This document shows positions 25,566-39,527 of a stretch of 64,000 nucleotides of DNA, one piece after another (the stretch's first letter is position 1; each line of letters begins with the position of its first letter). The notes under the pieces are model-generated. The model was not told the origin of the DNA, did not search any database, and worked only from the letters and a program-made list of their open reading frames with translations. The position numbers and the translations under genes are program-made. The stretch covers positions 388,391-452,390 of the forward strand of contig MU004203.1 in NCBI GenBank assembly GCA_010093605.1, in the 5' to 3' direction. The DNA is from Lophium mytilinum (lineage: Eukaryota).

Positions 25566-26629
25566 GCGAGTCGAGCAAGCAAGCGTAATTTTCGAAGGGA
25601 CATGGTGGTGTACTTTTACGGGTGGAGCTGGGGCTATGGGGGCAAGGACTTCCCGGGGCTTGCCGATGCTGCATGCTATGCATTTTCTTTTGTTATATGG
25701 GTGGTTGTTTTTGAGCTTTTTCGGGTTTCTTTTTCGGCTGTGAGCGCATTGCGCGGGGAGAGAGATAGTCTCGAGTTTTCCGAGACGTGTGGCATGTGCG
25801 GATGGGGGGAAAAGCATGGCCAATTCGAAGCGATGTGTGTAGTATAGGAACTAAGGTTTCTGCCGATAATATAGGGCAGATTTCGAGCATGCTTCTGTTG
25901 TTTTAGTGGGCTAAGAAACTTGTGAGATGGGTGTGATTTGGTTGAGATGAGGCGGTTTGGAAATGATGCTCGCAAACTCTGTGGATGAACAGCTACCAGA
26001 GGGCTCGGATCACTACGCAGGGTGTCGATATCACAGTGGCATTTGGGTTGGAGCTGAAGTAACCGTATCAATTGATTCTCATCCTGATCTGGCTTTCGCC
26101 ATTAAACCACTATCCGCCGGGCGTGACCTGTAAGAATCACGTGCGCGCTGATGACTACAGTTCTTTTCCTACTACAAAAGCCCCCTCTGTTCCCAACTAT
26201 TCGAGCTATAGGGAGGGTTCGAGCTGGAAATGTTAAAGCAAGGAAGCCCTTCTCCACATGGTGGGTGGGGGACTGGGATTTGGCATTGAGGCAGGAAAGG
26301 TATAATGGCTCGGGGGCTGGTGTTCGACCACTCAACGACAGCTTGTGGATGTGTGGAGGAGGTAAAGGGGATGATGGTGATGCACGGCATTACGGGATAG
26401 GGGCAATGGTTATGGAGCTGGTGGAGCAGTATTTGTCTAATCTTGGCGCTAGAATATGACATCATGATGCCGCAGCTGTGAAGCAACCTTGAAAGCTCCC
26501 ACGAGCTCTCCGCGTCCTCATATGCCATTCGCAATTCCCATCTGCGTTCTACATCTTAGCCTACGCTCAATTGCTGAGCACAATTGATCGTCTCCTTCTC
26601 TCACAGATTCATATTCCGCTGTCGCAACA

Positions 26630-27967
26630 ATGCTTCGTAACGGCGCTTCGCATTCGCGGACGCTCCTACGATCGCTCAAATCCCCAGCCTCATTCCCCGC
26701 ACGAAGATCACCACAATTCACAGCCTCTCCAGCACAATGGACCTCTCAAATGTGCACAATAAGCTCCAAGCGGCCTCAGTCGCTAGCCCTCACGCAATTG
26801 AGGCCTCTACAGGCCGCCATCTTCCAGCGCTCCGTCACCAACACCCCATGGGACAAAATTGACAAGAAGCACGAGGAGAAGCTTGCGCATCAGGAACTCA
26901 AACCAACTCCAGAGACTGTATCAGCAACGTCTAGTACGCACCCAATATTGCACGAAATCGCAACGCCCGATCCTGAGCGCGACGTGGATATGATGGCTGG
27001 TATCAAGGGAGATTTGGTGAGCCACGCTGCTTGTCTTGCTCTTTTTAAGCTCAGCTAAAACAATTACCCTAGAAAACTATAAAAGACACGTTCACTCTAT
27101 CCGACGTCCCGCCGCAAGCATTCTACATTGGTCTTGCAGGTGTGTTGCCATACCTAGCAACATCTCTCTCAACGGTTTTCTGCGCGTGGGAAATCACCAA
27201 CACAACGGAACACGGAGCGGGATTTCTATTGTCACATGAGAGCGCTGAGGCTTTGATCCACGTCCTGGAACCACTGCAAGTTGGCTACGGCGCTGTGGTA
27301 TGTACAAGTCTGAATCGCAAGCCCGCGTACATAGGCACTGACGTAGCTTAAGATCATCTCCTTCCTAGGCGCTATCCATTGGGGCCTCGAATTTGCAGGC
27401 TACGGCGGCTACCAAGGATACCGGCGATATGCCATCGGCGTGGTAGCTCCTGCAGTCGCCTGGCCCACAATCCTCATGCCCGTCGAATACGCCCTCATCA
27501 CCCAATTCCTAGCTTTTACTACTCTATACTATGTAGACACTCGCGCCGCATATCGTGGCTGGACTCCCCCCTGGTACAACACTTACCGATTTGTACTCAC
27601 CTTCATTGTCGGGGCCAGTATTGTCGTCAGTTTAATTGGGCGAGGAGAGGTTGCCGATCGAGTACAAAGACAACACGGTGGAACGGACAAGATTGCGACA
27701 CTTAGGAAGTTGACTGTCGACGAAGAGCAAGAGGAAGAACGGCTGATCCAGAGCAAGACGGTGAAGGAGGATGAAGCTGCCGAGGAAGAGGAGTCAGATG
27801 ATGAGAGCGGTAAGGATGATGAGAGCGGTAAGGATGATGACAAGAAGGATGACGAGGAGGGCGGCGAAGAGAAGAAGAGTGAAGAGGGCGAAGAAAAAGA
27901 TAAGAAGAAAGATGATGCAAACGAAGAAAAGAAGGATGAGAAGAAGGATGAAAGGAAGGATTCATGA
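26630..27967 (+). CDS. Mitochondrial inner-membrane protein, DUF3429/TMEM69-like, with acidic tail
   Basis: 3 exons (26630-27016, ~27073-27297, ~27353-27967). Presequence-like N-terminus, GYGAV-IISFLGAIHWGLEFAG and GWTPPWYNTYRFVLT. Confidence 0.8.
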
Positions 27968-29012
27968 GCACTAATGTGAACTTCTCATACCTGGATTACG
28001 GATTTTCCTTTGTGTTGGTGGCACTTTGATGTTTTTTTTGGGCATTCGATTCAATCCACATTTTCATATGCTCAGATGCACTCAGGACTCTTCTGCTTGC
28101 TAGGCAAGAGTGCTTTTTGGACGACTTGAGCAAGTTGGCAGAGGAGTACTTGCAATTTTCAGAAGCGTGTAATATATTGGCAAGGTGCCGTCGAAAGAGA
28201 GAAGTTGAACAATGTCTACAATCAGGGGTTATGTTTTGTGAATCTGGAATCGACCAGCCCTTTGAGCTCTTTTCGTCTAGAACGTACACTAATCGTTATC
28301 AGGAAATCTGACTTGGTCTTATGCTATCCATGGGGATCTTCGGAAATAGATAAGATATGTCTCGGCTTTGCATCGGGCCTTTCATGGGAAAGCAACGAAG
28401 TCCATAGGCTATATCAGATCGCCGACGATTTACCCGTAGCCGCAGTTACCACCTTACCATGTCTAGGCAATTTATACGTAAAGCTAGCCTTGGGAAACCT
28501 AGCTCGCTGTAGATCCCGCAGCCCGGCTCTGTCTGGAGCCCCAACTGCCGCTAATGACAGGCTCAACAAATAGGGCCGCGATAGCAAGGCGTTCTGAACC
28601 CACCCTGAAACACTGATTGTCCCAAAGAGTTCAAAAGTGGGATGACTCAGGAGAGGCTCAGTTGAGCCCCCCATTTTCTGGAGGTCAATGTCTAGACTTC
28701 CGGCAGCTATCTAATCGGTCTGGGGGTGGCAATTAAAGATATAGCGACATGTAAGATTTCCCTGCGTGGTATCATACCATCTCGTTATCGTTGTTAGGTA
28801 GGCGTTCGGATTGGTGGCGCTCGTGAGTGGGTAACATGTGTCTCTAGACTGTGTATTACCAGCTTCTTATGTTGTATTAATTTCAATGTTTCCCCAATGC
28901 TCAACTCATCAAGTCAAGGAGTTCAGACTCTCTGTCTGTGAACTTCTTTCATTTCTTTCAACTACTGTCCTAAAAAAAGCGTAGTGACTAGGTCCCCTGG
29001 TATCTTTTCACG

Positions 29013-30795
29013 ATGTCTACCGAGAAGAAAGCCGACGAAGAGATTGCTCAAGCGCCTTCCAGAGCAGATTCTCAATACATGGGAACGATAGAGAAGCTTG
29101 ACGATGCTCGTAACCGAGAGTTCTATGGGGACTCTATCACTGAATCCTACCGCCTCAAATCAGAGCTTGTCGGCAAGTGCATGGAAGAAATTGGCATGGG
29201 ACGTTACCAATGGGAGCTTTTTGTTGTCACTGGCTTTGGGTGGATCACAGATAACTTGTCAGTTATTCCCAAAAACTTAGCAAAAGATGTACATACTAAC
29301 GTACTCAACCTAGCTGGTCTCAAGGCATCGGCACCATTCAACCAGCCGTCAAGATCGAATTCCGAGACGTCACACGTGTGAGTTTCAGCTCAATCGCATA
29401 CTATGCTGGCCTCATTTGCGGCGCGTCCTTCTGGGGTATTTCCGCGGATTTCATCGGCAGGAAGCCCGCCTTCAACATGACTCTCTTGATCGGCGGCATA
29501 TTCGGCCTTGTCGTTGGCGCTTTGGATCACTTCGTTGGCTTCTGTGTAGTGTGGGCCATCATCGGTACCGCAGCAGGAGGAAATGTTCCTGTCGATTCAA
29601 TGATCTTCCTTGAGTTTGTTCCCGGCTCCCACCAGTACTTGTTGACTGCGCTGTCTGCCTGGTGGAACTTTGGACAGGTCATTGTGTCTCTAGTTGGCTG
29701 GGTGTTCATCGCACATTTCTCGTGCGATGCGGACGCTGAGCCTGGCACATGCCAAAAGAAGGACAATATGGGATGGTAAGACCTTTCCCTGCCCAAGTCC
29801 ACGAAGCTTTGCTGACTTGGAGTTTCCCTTAAACACAGGCGATACGTAATGTTCACTCTCGGTGCACTCTCGCTTTCATTCGCATTCATCCGAATGTTCC
29901 TATTCAAGATGCCCGAGTCTCCTCGGTACCTTCTCAGCAAGAACCGCGACTCGGAGGCTGTGGAATCCGTCAATTATGTTGCCCGCCGCAATGGCAAGCC
30001 AGAGCCTTTGACCCTAGCCATGTTCCAGCAAATCGACTTCGAAATCGGCGCAGCAGTCAACCCGGAGGAGGCTGGCAGGCAGGGTCTCACGAAAATGCAA
30101 ATCCTGAAGGAGAACCTAGCGGACTTCAAATCGACAAACTTCAAGAGTCTCTTCGCGACAAGGAAGCTCATTCAACACACATCAATCATCTGGCTTATCT
30201 GGTTGACGATCGGCATAGCCTACCCGCTCTACTTCAACTTCCTCCCAACATACCTTGCTCAGAAGTTCACCGAGAACGATTCGCTGAACAAAACGTATCG
30301 CAACTACTGCATCGAGTCTGCTGTGGGTGTTATAGGCCCGCTCTCCGCCGCCGTAATGGTTCAAACGCGACTCGGTCGCCGCCATATGATGGGGCTTTCG
30401 GCCATCATCACCGGCGTGTTCCTCTTTGCGTACACAGCCGCGAGAACCCCAACCGCGAATCTGGCTTTCTCGTGTATTACTGGCCTCTGGGGAAATTTCG
30501 GTAAGTCTTCTTCTCTATTGTCTCATTGCTTCACGAAGGTGGCTAACGGAGTTCCTCGATAGAATACGCCATCATGTACGCCTTCACCCCGGAGTCCTTC
30601 GCAGCACCAAACCGAGGCCTAGGGATTGGATTTGCGGCTACCTTGCTGCGATTTGGAGGCCTCTGCGCTAGTCTTATTGGCACGTACACCAACTTCTCGG
30701 TGGTTCCGATCTATGTGTCGGGAGCTATGTGGATGGCTGTTGGTTTGATATCGTTCTTGCTGCCTTTTGAGACACATGGTATTGCAGCTATATAG
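29013..30795 (+). CDS. MFS transporter (SV2/SVOP-like)
   Basis: 4 exons. IGMGRYQWELFVVTGFGW, WGISADFIGRK, GGNVPVD, MPESPRYL, YAFTPESF. Confidence 0.9.
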
Positions 30796-31153
30796 AGCTT
30801 TTCGATGCTACGGATCGTTTAGAGGCAACATGTTGATCGGGGTACTAGCTCCAGGCTTATTTGTACAGTCTCCGAGTGGGTGGCGGCTTCGCTCCGTCAA
30901 ATTTGGAGGGGTGTCTTGAAGAACCTGGAAGACCCGATCTTTGGATTGAAGCAACTGCCTTGGTCGTTAGTGAACTGTATATATCATTTCCAGTGGTGTT
31001 CACCAACTGCAAACTCTTGAGTGACATCGCCTTCGTCTCGTCTCATGTCTTCTTCAATCAGATCTCCTATTAGCTTTCGGAGTAAATACGGCTGGTGGTC
31101 CCTGGGTTGTTTAGCTACAACAAGCCTTATTAGGAACACAAATGGGTATTAAT

Positions 31154-31560
31154 GGGAGCCAGTCTGTGCGATATGAAACCGTTTTTGGCACATTATTGCT
31201 TGACACTTGAAATCTGACCTTGGGAAAAGGCCACATTACAGTGCTTTGAGATGTATAAACGGGAACCAGTCTGTGCAATTTGAACTCGATTTTGGCATAT
31301 TATTGCTTGACTTTTCAAATCGGGCCACGTAGTTAAGGTAGATTACAGTATGTTAAGATGTACGAACAGGAGCCAGTCCGCGCGATTTGAACTCGCTTTT
31401 GGCATATTATTGACTGACACTCCAAATCGGACCACGCGAATAGGGCAAATTACAACGTGTTAAGATGTATATACGGGAGCTAGTACGTGTGATTTGCACT
31501 CGCTTTTGGCATATTGTTGCATTAGTTTCTAAATCTGACGCAACATTAACCTAAGATTTG
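31154..31560. repeat. Degenerate tandem repeat, 107-bp unit, ~3.8 copies
   Basis: Unit starts (G/AGGARCYAGT) at 31154, 31261, 31368 and 31475; shared TTTTGGCAYATTRTTG, AAATC and RAGATGTA blocks. Confidence 0.9.
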
Positions 31561-31696
31561 AATCGCTGGTCTGTGTTATGCTACGGTATACTTATGTATG
31601 TGGCTTTAGCGCAAAATAGTGGTATTTACAGTAGCGTCCACCTCGCTGCAAGCTCATATACAGGTTTTGGCTTTGACTTATAGACTCTACCCAGAA

Positions 31697-33040
31697 TTAC
31701 CAAGCCAGTTCTGACTTCGACGCACAGCTTGATGCTTCTAACTGCGAGCAGAACATCTCCTCCTCCTCTAGCTTGTCCGTCTTCATTTCCCCTACCAAAC
31801 GTGGCATTGCCGGCCATATTTCCCTCAATCCATTCTGCTCCTCTGTTTTCCGGTGAGACATGAGATCGTTTTTAACGGTACTTTGAAAATGTAATGGACC
31901 CTGTTAAGCAACCATTTAGCTGCATCCAAAAGTCTGCTGGAGTTATCTTACCTTCTCTTTGTCGGGATGGAGCTCGCCATTGATAAATACGCCTGCGTTT
32001 AGATTCTCCTGGGCTGCATTGCAGAGCTGCTTATCTTCCTCGAGAACCTGCTTATAAAACGCACAGATGTTTTCAAACTGTTCATCTGTGGCGTTCTTAT
32101 GCCGAAAGACCTCGTATTCAATCTTGCTCTTCGTCGCCGTGACAGGAATCATCCGTTGAATATAGAAAAAGTGCTCCCTACCACAGTCAGCTATCAAAAA
32201 CGCAGCAAACCCTCAGTCTAGAACTTACGTTACCGTCACCGATACATCCGGATAGAAAAATGTGATGCTCCGCCTGAACTGCTTATTCTCCTTATTCTTA
32301 TTCACAATGTGATGCTGCATATGCCCATCCTTCGGCTCCACTCGATACTCATTCAGGTCCGACACCCCCGCAATGAGCGGATGAGACGTGAGGCAATGGT
32401 AGCACTCATTATAATTGTCAACCAAGCTCTTCCAGTTCGCATCCACGTCCATTTCCCAGTAGTGATCGAACTTGAACTCTTCCGCGAAGTCGAACTCTTG
32501 CAGCGCGGGCTGCTCGTCGACTCCCTTGAATTGGTCGGCCCATCTTGAGTCTGGTTCGCCTGCCTGCAGATTGACCCATATGAAGCCGGCTTTGTCTACA
32601 AAGACGTGGATGGGTAGCAGATTATGCTGGCTCGTGTCGAATTGCGCAACGGTGTCGAATCTCGGAGCCTTTGTGAGATTTCCCGTCAAGCCGTACGACC
32701 ATCCGTGGTACTTGCAGCTTAGGATCTTAGCGGAGCCGGAGCGAGTCTGCACTACTGGAAATGCGCGGTGCCGGCATACGTTGTGGAAGCCGTTGATCTT
32801 GCCATCGCGGTCCTGGACGAGGAAGAAGGAGAAGTTGGCGTGGGTGAAGGAGATGAAGTCACCCGGATTGGTGAATCTTAGGGAATGAGTGACCAGAATC
32901 CATTTCTTGGAGAATATTGCCCGACGCTCGAGTTGGTACATGGGGTCAGAACGGTACCATGATGCCGGAATGCTTCGTGTGGCTGGAGGCTTGGTTGTGA
33001 TCTCTGGTGTTGAGGAGGATGAGCTGAAGAGACGCCACAT
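31697..33040 (-). CDS. Rieske [2Fe-2S] oxygenase alpha subunit (choline/carnitine monooxygenase-like), 3 exons
   Basis: Rieske motif CRHRAF...CKYHGW and mononuclear-Fe motif [19 protein letters not shown]. The last exon 31900-31697 reads GPLHFQ...SELAW*. Confidence 0.92.
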
Positions 33041-34029
33041 GTCGGCTGCGAAGAATACTGATAGGCCTTAGTGTCAGTGCTGGGAATGATTCTCATTGTT
33101 GATATAAAGCGGTCCGAGTTGGACGCGAGTCTAATGTCAGTACCTTTGCTTGCACTGTACGGTACTATCAAGAGTGGGGAAGTCTTTCAGTTCTCTCCCC
33201 ACCCTTTGTTGAAGGCCCGATTGTCGCCGTATAGTGCTTAACTCCGCAAATCTACGTAGATAGTACGAAGAGGGGCAAGAAAGTACAGAGGAGCAATGGA
33301 AAGTGTAGATAAGCGGTGGGTGTTAGGCCTACAACTCGACCTCAGCGCGCCGAGCAGAACCAGGAAAGTCAAGTTCTCCAGATATTGACGAAAGGATTGT
33401 CTGAATACCGTTTTAGAAAGTCAAAATGCCGTGAAAATGAGAGAACGATGCTACCATCAGGGCGATATAGTTGGAAGGCCGTGGGGCAGCTTCCTTTGAG
33501 GAAGTCAAACCCGTATGTCCAAGATTGACTCCAGGTTTCGCCTCGTTCTGATTGGACAGAAGCTGGCGATACCTAATTCACCTGTCTCTATACTTTCAGA
33601 CCTGATATCCCTAAAGAGACCTTGCTTACCTATCCTTCCTCACTACTAGCGAAAGCCTTTAGTATAGCCATCGGTTAGGGACCGCATCGTCCGAGCCAAT
33701 GTCCTCCATCTGACATCGCGCTAAAAATCGAATTGGTTGCCTTTTCGAGAATAGCGCGTGAGATTGCCTCCAAGGTCTCATGAGGTGTCTTCCTACTTTG
33801 GAGCCTCGAAATCAGAACTAAGCTGTATACCGTTTACAGTCTTCAAAGTTGCGGCTTTAGCATTCCTAAGACCGGTTCATTTTATGTATTTTCCGTCTCT
33901 ATCTCCGCATGAATATGGTCAACTTCGCGTATATATATAGCACATTCTTCTCCTAAATGGAACACACCCATCTCCAGGTTTCCTTCACATATCCAACCTC
34001 AATTCGTACTCAAACACTCATCAGCAACT

Positions 34030-34967
34030 ATGTCCAATCCCACTTCTACTCCCACTCCACTCACCTGGCTCGTTACGGGCTGCAGCTCCGGCTTCGGCCT
34101 CTCCCTAACCCGCCTCCTCCTCTCCACTCCCCACATCGTCATCGCAACCTCGCGCGATCCCTCCCGAACACTCGACCTCGTGCGCCTCGTGACCTCCGCC
34201 AAACCCCTAAACCGCTGGCTGGCCCTCGACGTCACCTCCCCCTCCTCCACCACCTTCGTCGCCGATCTCGAAGCCTCTGGCGTCCACATAGATATCCTCG
34301 TCAACAACGCCGGCTACTCCATCTTCGCGCCTATCGAAACGGTAAAGGAAGACGAGATCCGCGCGCAGATGGAGACAGTTTTCTTTGGGCCGCTGCGACT
34401 CACGCAGGCGGTGCTGCCAGGGATGCGTGCGCGGAAGAGCGGGACGATTGTGAATTTCAGCTCGGGCGCGGCGTTGGAGGGGCAGCCGACAATGGGGGTA
34501 TACGCTGGGGCGAAGGCGGGGTTGGATGGTAACATCACCTTTCTCCTCTTTCTACATGTCTGCTAACATAGTTTGGTCTAGGTGTGGCGAAGGTACTTGC
34601 TAAAGAGGTGGCGCCTTTTGGGATCAGGATCCTGACGGTCGTGCTGGGCACTTTCAACACGAATATGGGGAATGCGGCTGTTTTTGGGGAAGTGGGGCTG
34701 CCAGAGGGTTATGAGGGGACTATGACAGATAATTTTCTGCAGATCATGAAGAGCGGGACGTGGCCGCCGAATGGGGATAAGGAGAAAGCAATGAAGGCGG
34801 TTTATGAGGTAGTGGTTGGGCAGGGGGTTGGGGAGGGAAGAGAAACGGAGAAGTTGTTGCTGTTGGGAAGTGATATGGTGGCGAGGGCCACGGGAGTAAG
34901 AGAGCAGTTGGAGCATGCGGTGGAGGTGTTCGGGGATGTGGCGAAAGGGTGTGATGTTGAGAAGTGA
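34030..34967 (+). CDS. Classical short-chain dehydrogenase/reductase, 2 exons
   Basis: WLVTGCSSGFG, DILVNNAG, NFSSG, catalytic YAGAK; intron ~34529-34581. Confidence 0.92.
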
Positions 34968-35108
34968 GAAGACGGTAGTTCTCTCGTAGTGAAGATAGAT
35001 ATAAGGGCTTAAGACTGCATTGACTGTAGACTAGTCTTGAAAGCTCACCAGCCCTAAAGGCGTCCAATCAGTAGTGTCTAGGAGTTTCGTATAGGGTTAT
35101 TGTGTCCC

Positions 35109-35654
35109 TCAAATGAACTTGTTGGCCTCCTGGTCCACAGCGGAATCAATGAAACCGTCCGCGCCGGCAGGAACGCCCTCCTTAGTCGCGAACTGATTGA
35201 TCTCTGTATACACGAAGCGTCAGCAACACACTCACAAGCCCTAGTCTTCTTGCGACATGTTACACGAGATACCAAACTTACCAGTATTAATAGCACCATC
35301 CTCGCCCGTCGTCTTCATCTGCCCCATAAAGCCACCACTAGATTTCTGCTGCTGCTGGTCGTTGCCGCCGCTTGAGTTCTGCTGCTGCTGTTGATCATTG
35401 CCGCCGCCATAGCCGCCTTGGTTATCGTTTCCGCCTTGGTTATCGTTCCCGCCCCCATAGCCTCCGCCCTGGTTATCATTGCCGCCGCCATAGCCTCCGC
35501 TCTGGTTATCGTTGCCTCCCTGGTTATCATTTCCACCTCCATAACCTCCCTGGTTATCGTTTCCACCTCCATAGCCTCCCTGGTTGTCGTTGCCGCCCTG
35601 GTTGTTCCCACCGCCCTCGAACTTCTGTTCCTCTTCGCGGAGAAAGCCGGACAT
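35109..35654 (-). CDS. Small hydrophilic Gly/Asn/Gln repeat protein, 2 exons
   Basis: Exon 1 35654-35282 (repeated GGNDNQGGY). Intron GTAAGT...gctgac...CAG. Exon 2 35203-35109 reads EINQFATKEGVPAGADGFIDSAVDQEANKFI*. Confidence 0.8.
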
Positions 35655-37556
35655 CTTGAATCAAGTTGGCAGGGAAATTGGAAGGCTCGATGGTATAGGG
35701 ATCGAAAAAACAGTGATTTACGAAATGTAGAGAATTGATCAGTGTGTATTGGAAGTCTTGAAGTGAGTAGGTCGAGGAGGGGTAGTTATACCCCTCTAAC
35801 CCCTCGCCCTCCATTTACGTAGCTAGCGGGAAACCAGCAGGAAACGAAGCGAGCTATGACGAATGCGCGGCCCGGCCTGGCTGGCCAGGCTCAAAGGTGT
35901 CAAGCCTGGTGATAGTGAATCAAGGCTATGGCGCGTTATCGGGTCGGCTATCACCGTGCTGGATTTTTCTGATTCATAGGTATTCTACCTAACGTCACTC
36001 TTACGCGGGGGTTTGTCTTCTCAATTGGAGAGAATCCATAGGCCCAGAGGGTAGTCAGAAACGCCATCAATAATGGATGGACCTGGGGGAATCGATGGTG
36101 GTGAGTGAGATTGATAGCTGGGCGCCGAGCCCGCCGTGGGTCTTGGAATTTGCTTAGCAAAGCTTATCATGTGGCGCGAACCAATCAAAGTTGAATTTGA
36201 AGTGGAAATCATTCACGTGTAAGATCCGAGAGACACATGATAGTTATAGAGGAAGGGGATGTTTAGACGCACGTGGCTCCATATTCACTGTTAACGTATA
36301 TCTCTTCGTGCGTTAAGAGCACAGCTTGTGTAGGCTTTGATAAGTACTTCGCTGAGAACTCAAACGGTTTGCAGATCTGGCGTTGTAGGGAGCCTGTGGG
36401 GGGGCCCGAGACTGACGTAGAATCCGAGAAGCTTATACGCTTCCAAAGGACCAGATGAAAAGCCATGAGGTTCAATTCAATGTGCCTTAAAAGGTGCTGT
36501 CAAGGCGACGCCTCGGCTTAGCATCCGCGCGACTAATGTTGCGTACTGTGTAGAATACCTAGACGCGTTCTGACGGTTCTAAGTTTCGACCAGGATTTGA
36601 CGAAGCGCAATTGAGACCTGATATCGACAATCAATTGTCCATGCCAAGAATTTAGCATAACGTAGCTCCGGAATTCCGCCAATGTTCACCAGCATGAACC
36701 TCTGTCACGTGATCGGATTTTATATCAACTTCTGAACTGCTTCAACACTTGCAAGAAACGAGACATGTGAATGCTATAGACTAGAGTTGGAAGGCTAAAA
36801 GCAGGAGCTCTTGATCAATTTGTTGTCAGCTAGGGATGCCGATCCTTACAGTCTCCGGTACCTGGCCCCATACTTATCCCAGGGCTGGGAATTCCGGTCT
36901 TGGTTGGATCTCATCACTGCTTCACTGCTCCGAAGAGTTCCAATGGCACCAGGCATCGGTCACCGTTCACACGATGCCGAGATCTAAAGGTCTGGATCTC
37001 GAAAAATCGAAAAAGCAAAATCCCATCCTTGCGTCCGAGATGTCACTTCTGGCTCACGATGGCGTAGCACTTGGGCCCACTTCCGAGTCGATGGTCCGCG
37101 GGGCCTGCCTCCACTGTATAGAGTAACCGAGCGGGTCTCTGTTCAACTTCCAGGGATACAGATCGTGATGGATCATGTGTGGAATGTGGTTTGTTTTTAC
37201 ATTGGGCAGCATCGATGAGGATATATGTGCTGCACCCACCAGCTATTGTTAGACTCCGGCTATTTCCCCGTCGCCCGAAGCCTCAACACCATCTCGGCCA
37301 AGCTCTCGGGCTCCGGGGATGTGATTGACGGGATTTCTTGACGCGAGATACCGGCCTTAGTGATTGGCTGCATGCATGGCTGCGAATCCTTCGACCATCC
37401 CCGCACTGGAATGCTCGGTCACGGGCGTGTGATGTCAATCCAAATTCTTCAAATCGCGTGTGATCCCCGCCGCCATCCCACCTTCCCCGACCATCAAACA
37501 TGACCTCATTCAGGATATTGCCTTTTGTTTTTCAAGCCTCGCTCTGGCAGCCTTGA

Positions 37557-39527
<1,971 letters not shown>

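Noticed and set aside
26151..26459. 102-aa ORF between MLP1 and the DUF3429-like gene
   Set aside because: It may be a gene relic, but I see no recognisable family or splice support.
27797..27840. 18-bp duplication GATGATGAGAGCGGTAAG
   Set aside because: Ordinary slippage within the acidic low-complexity tail of a CDS.
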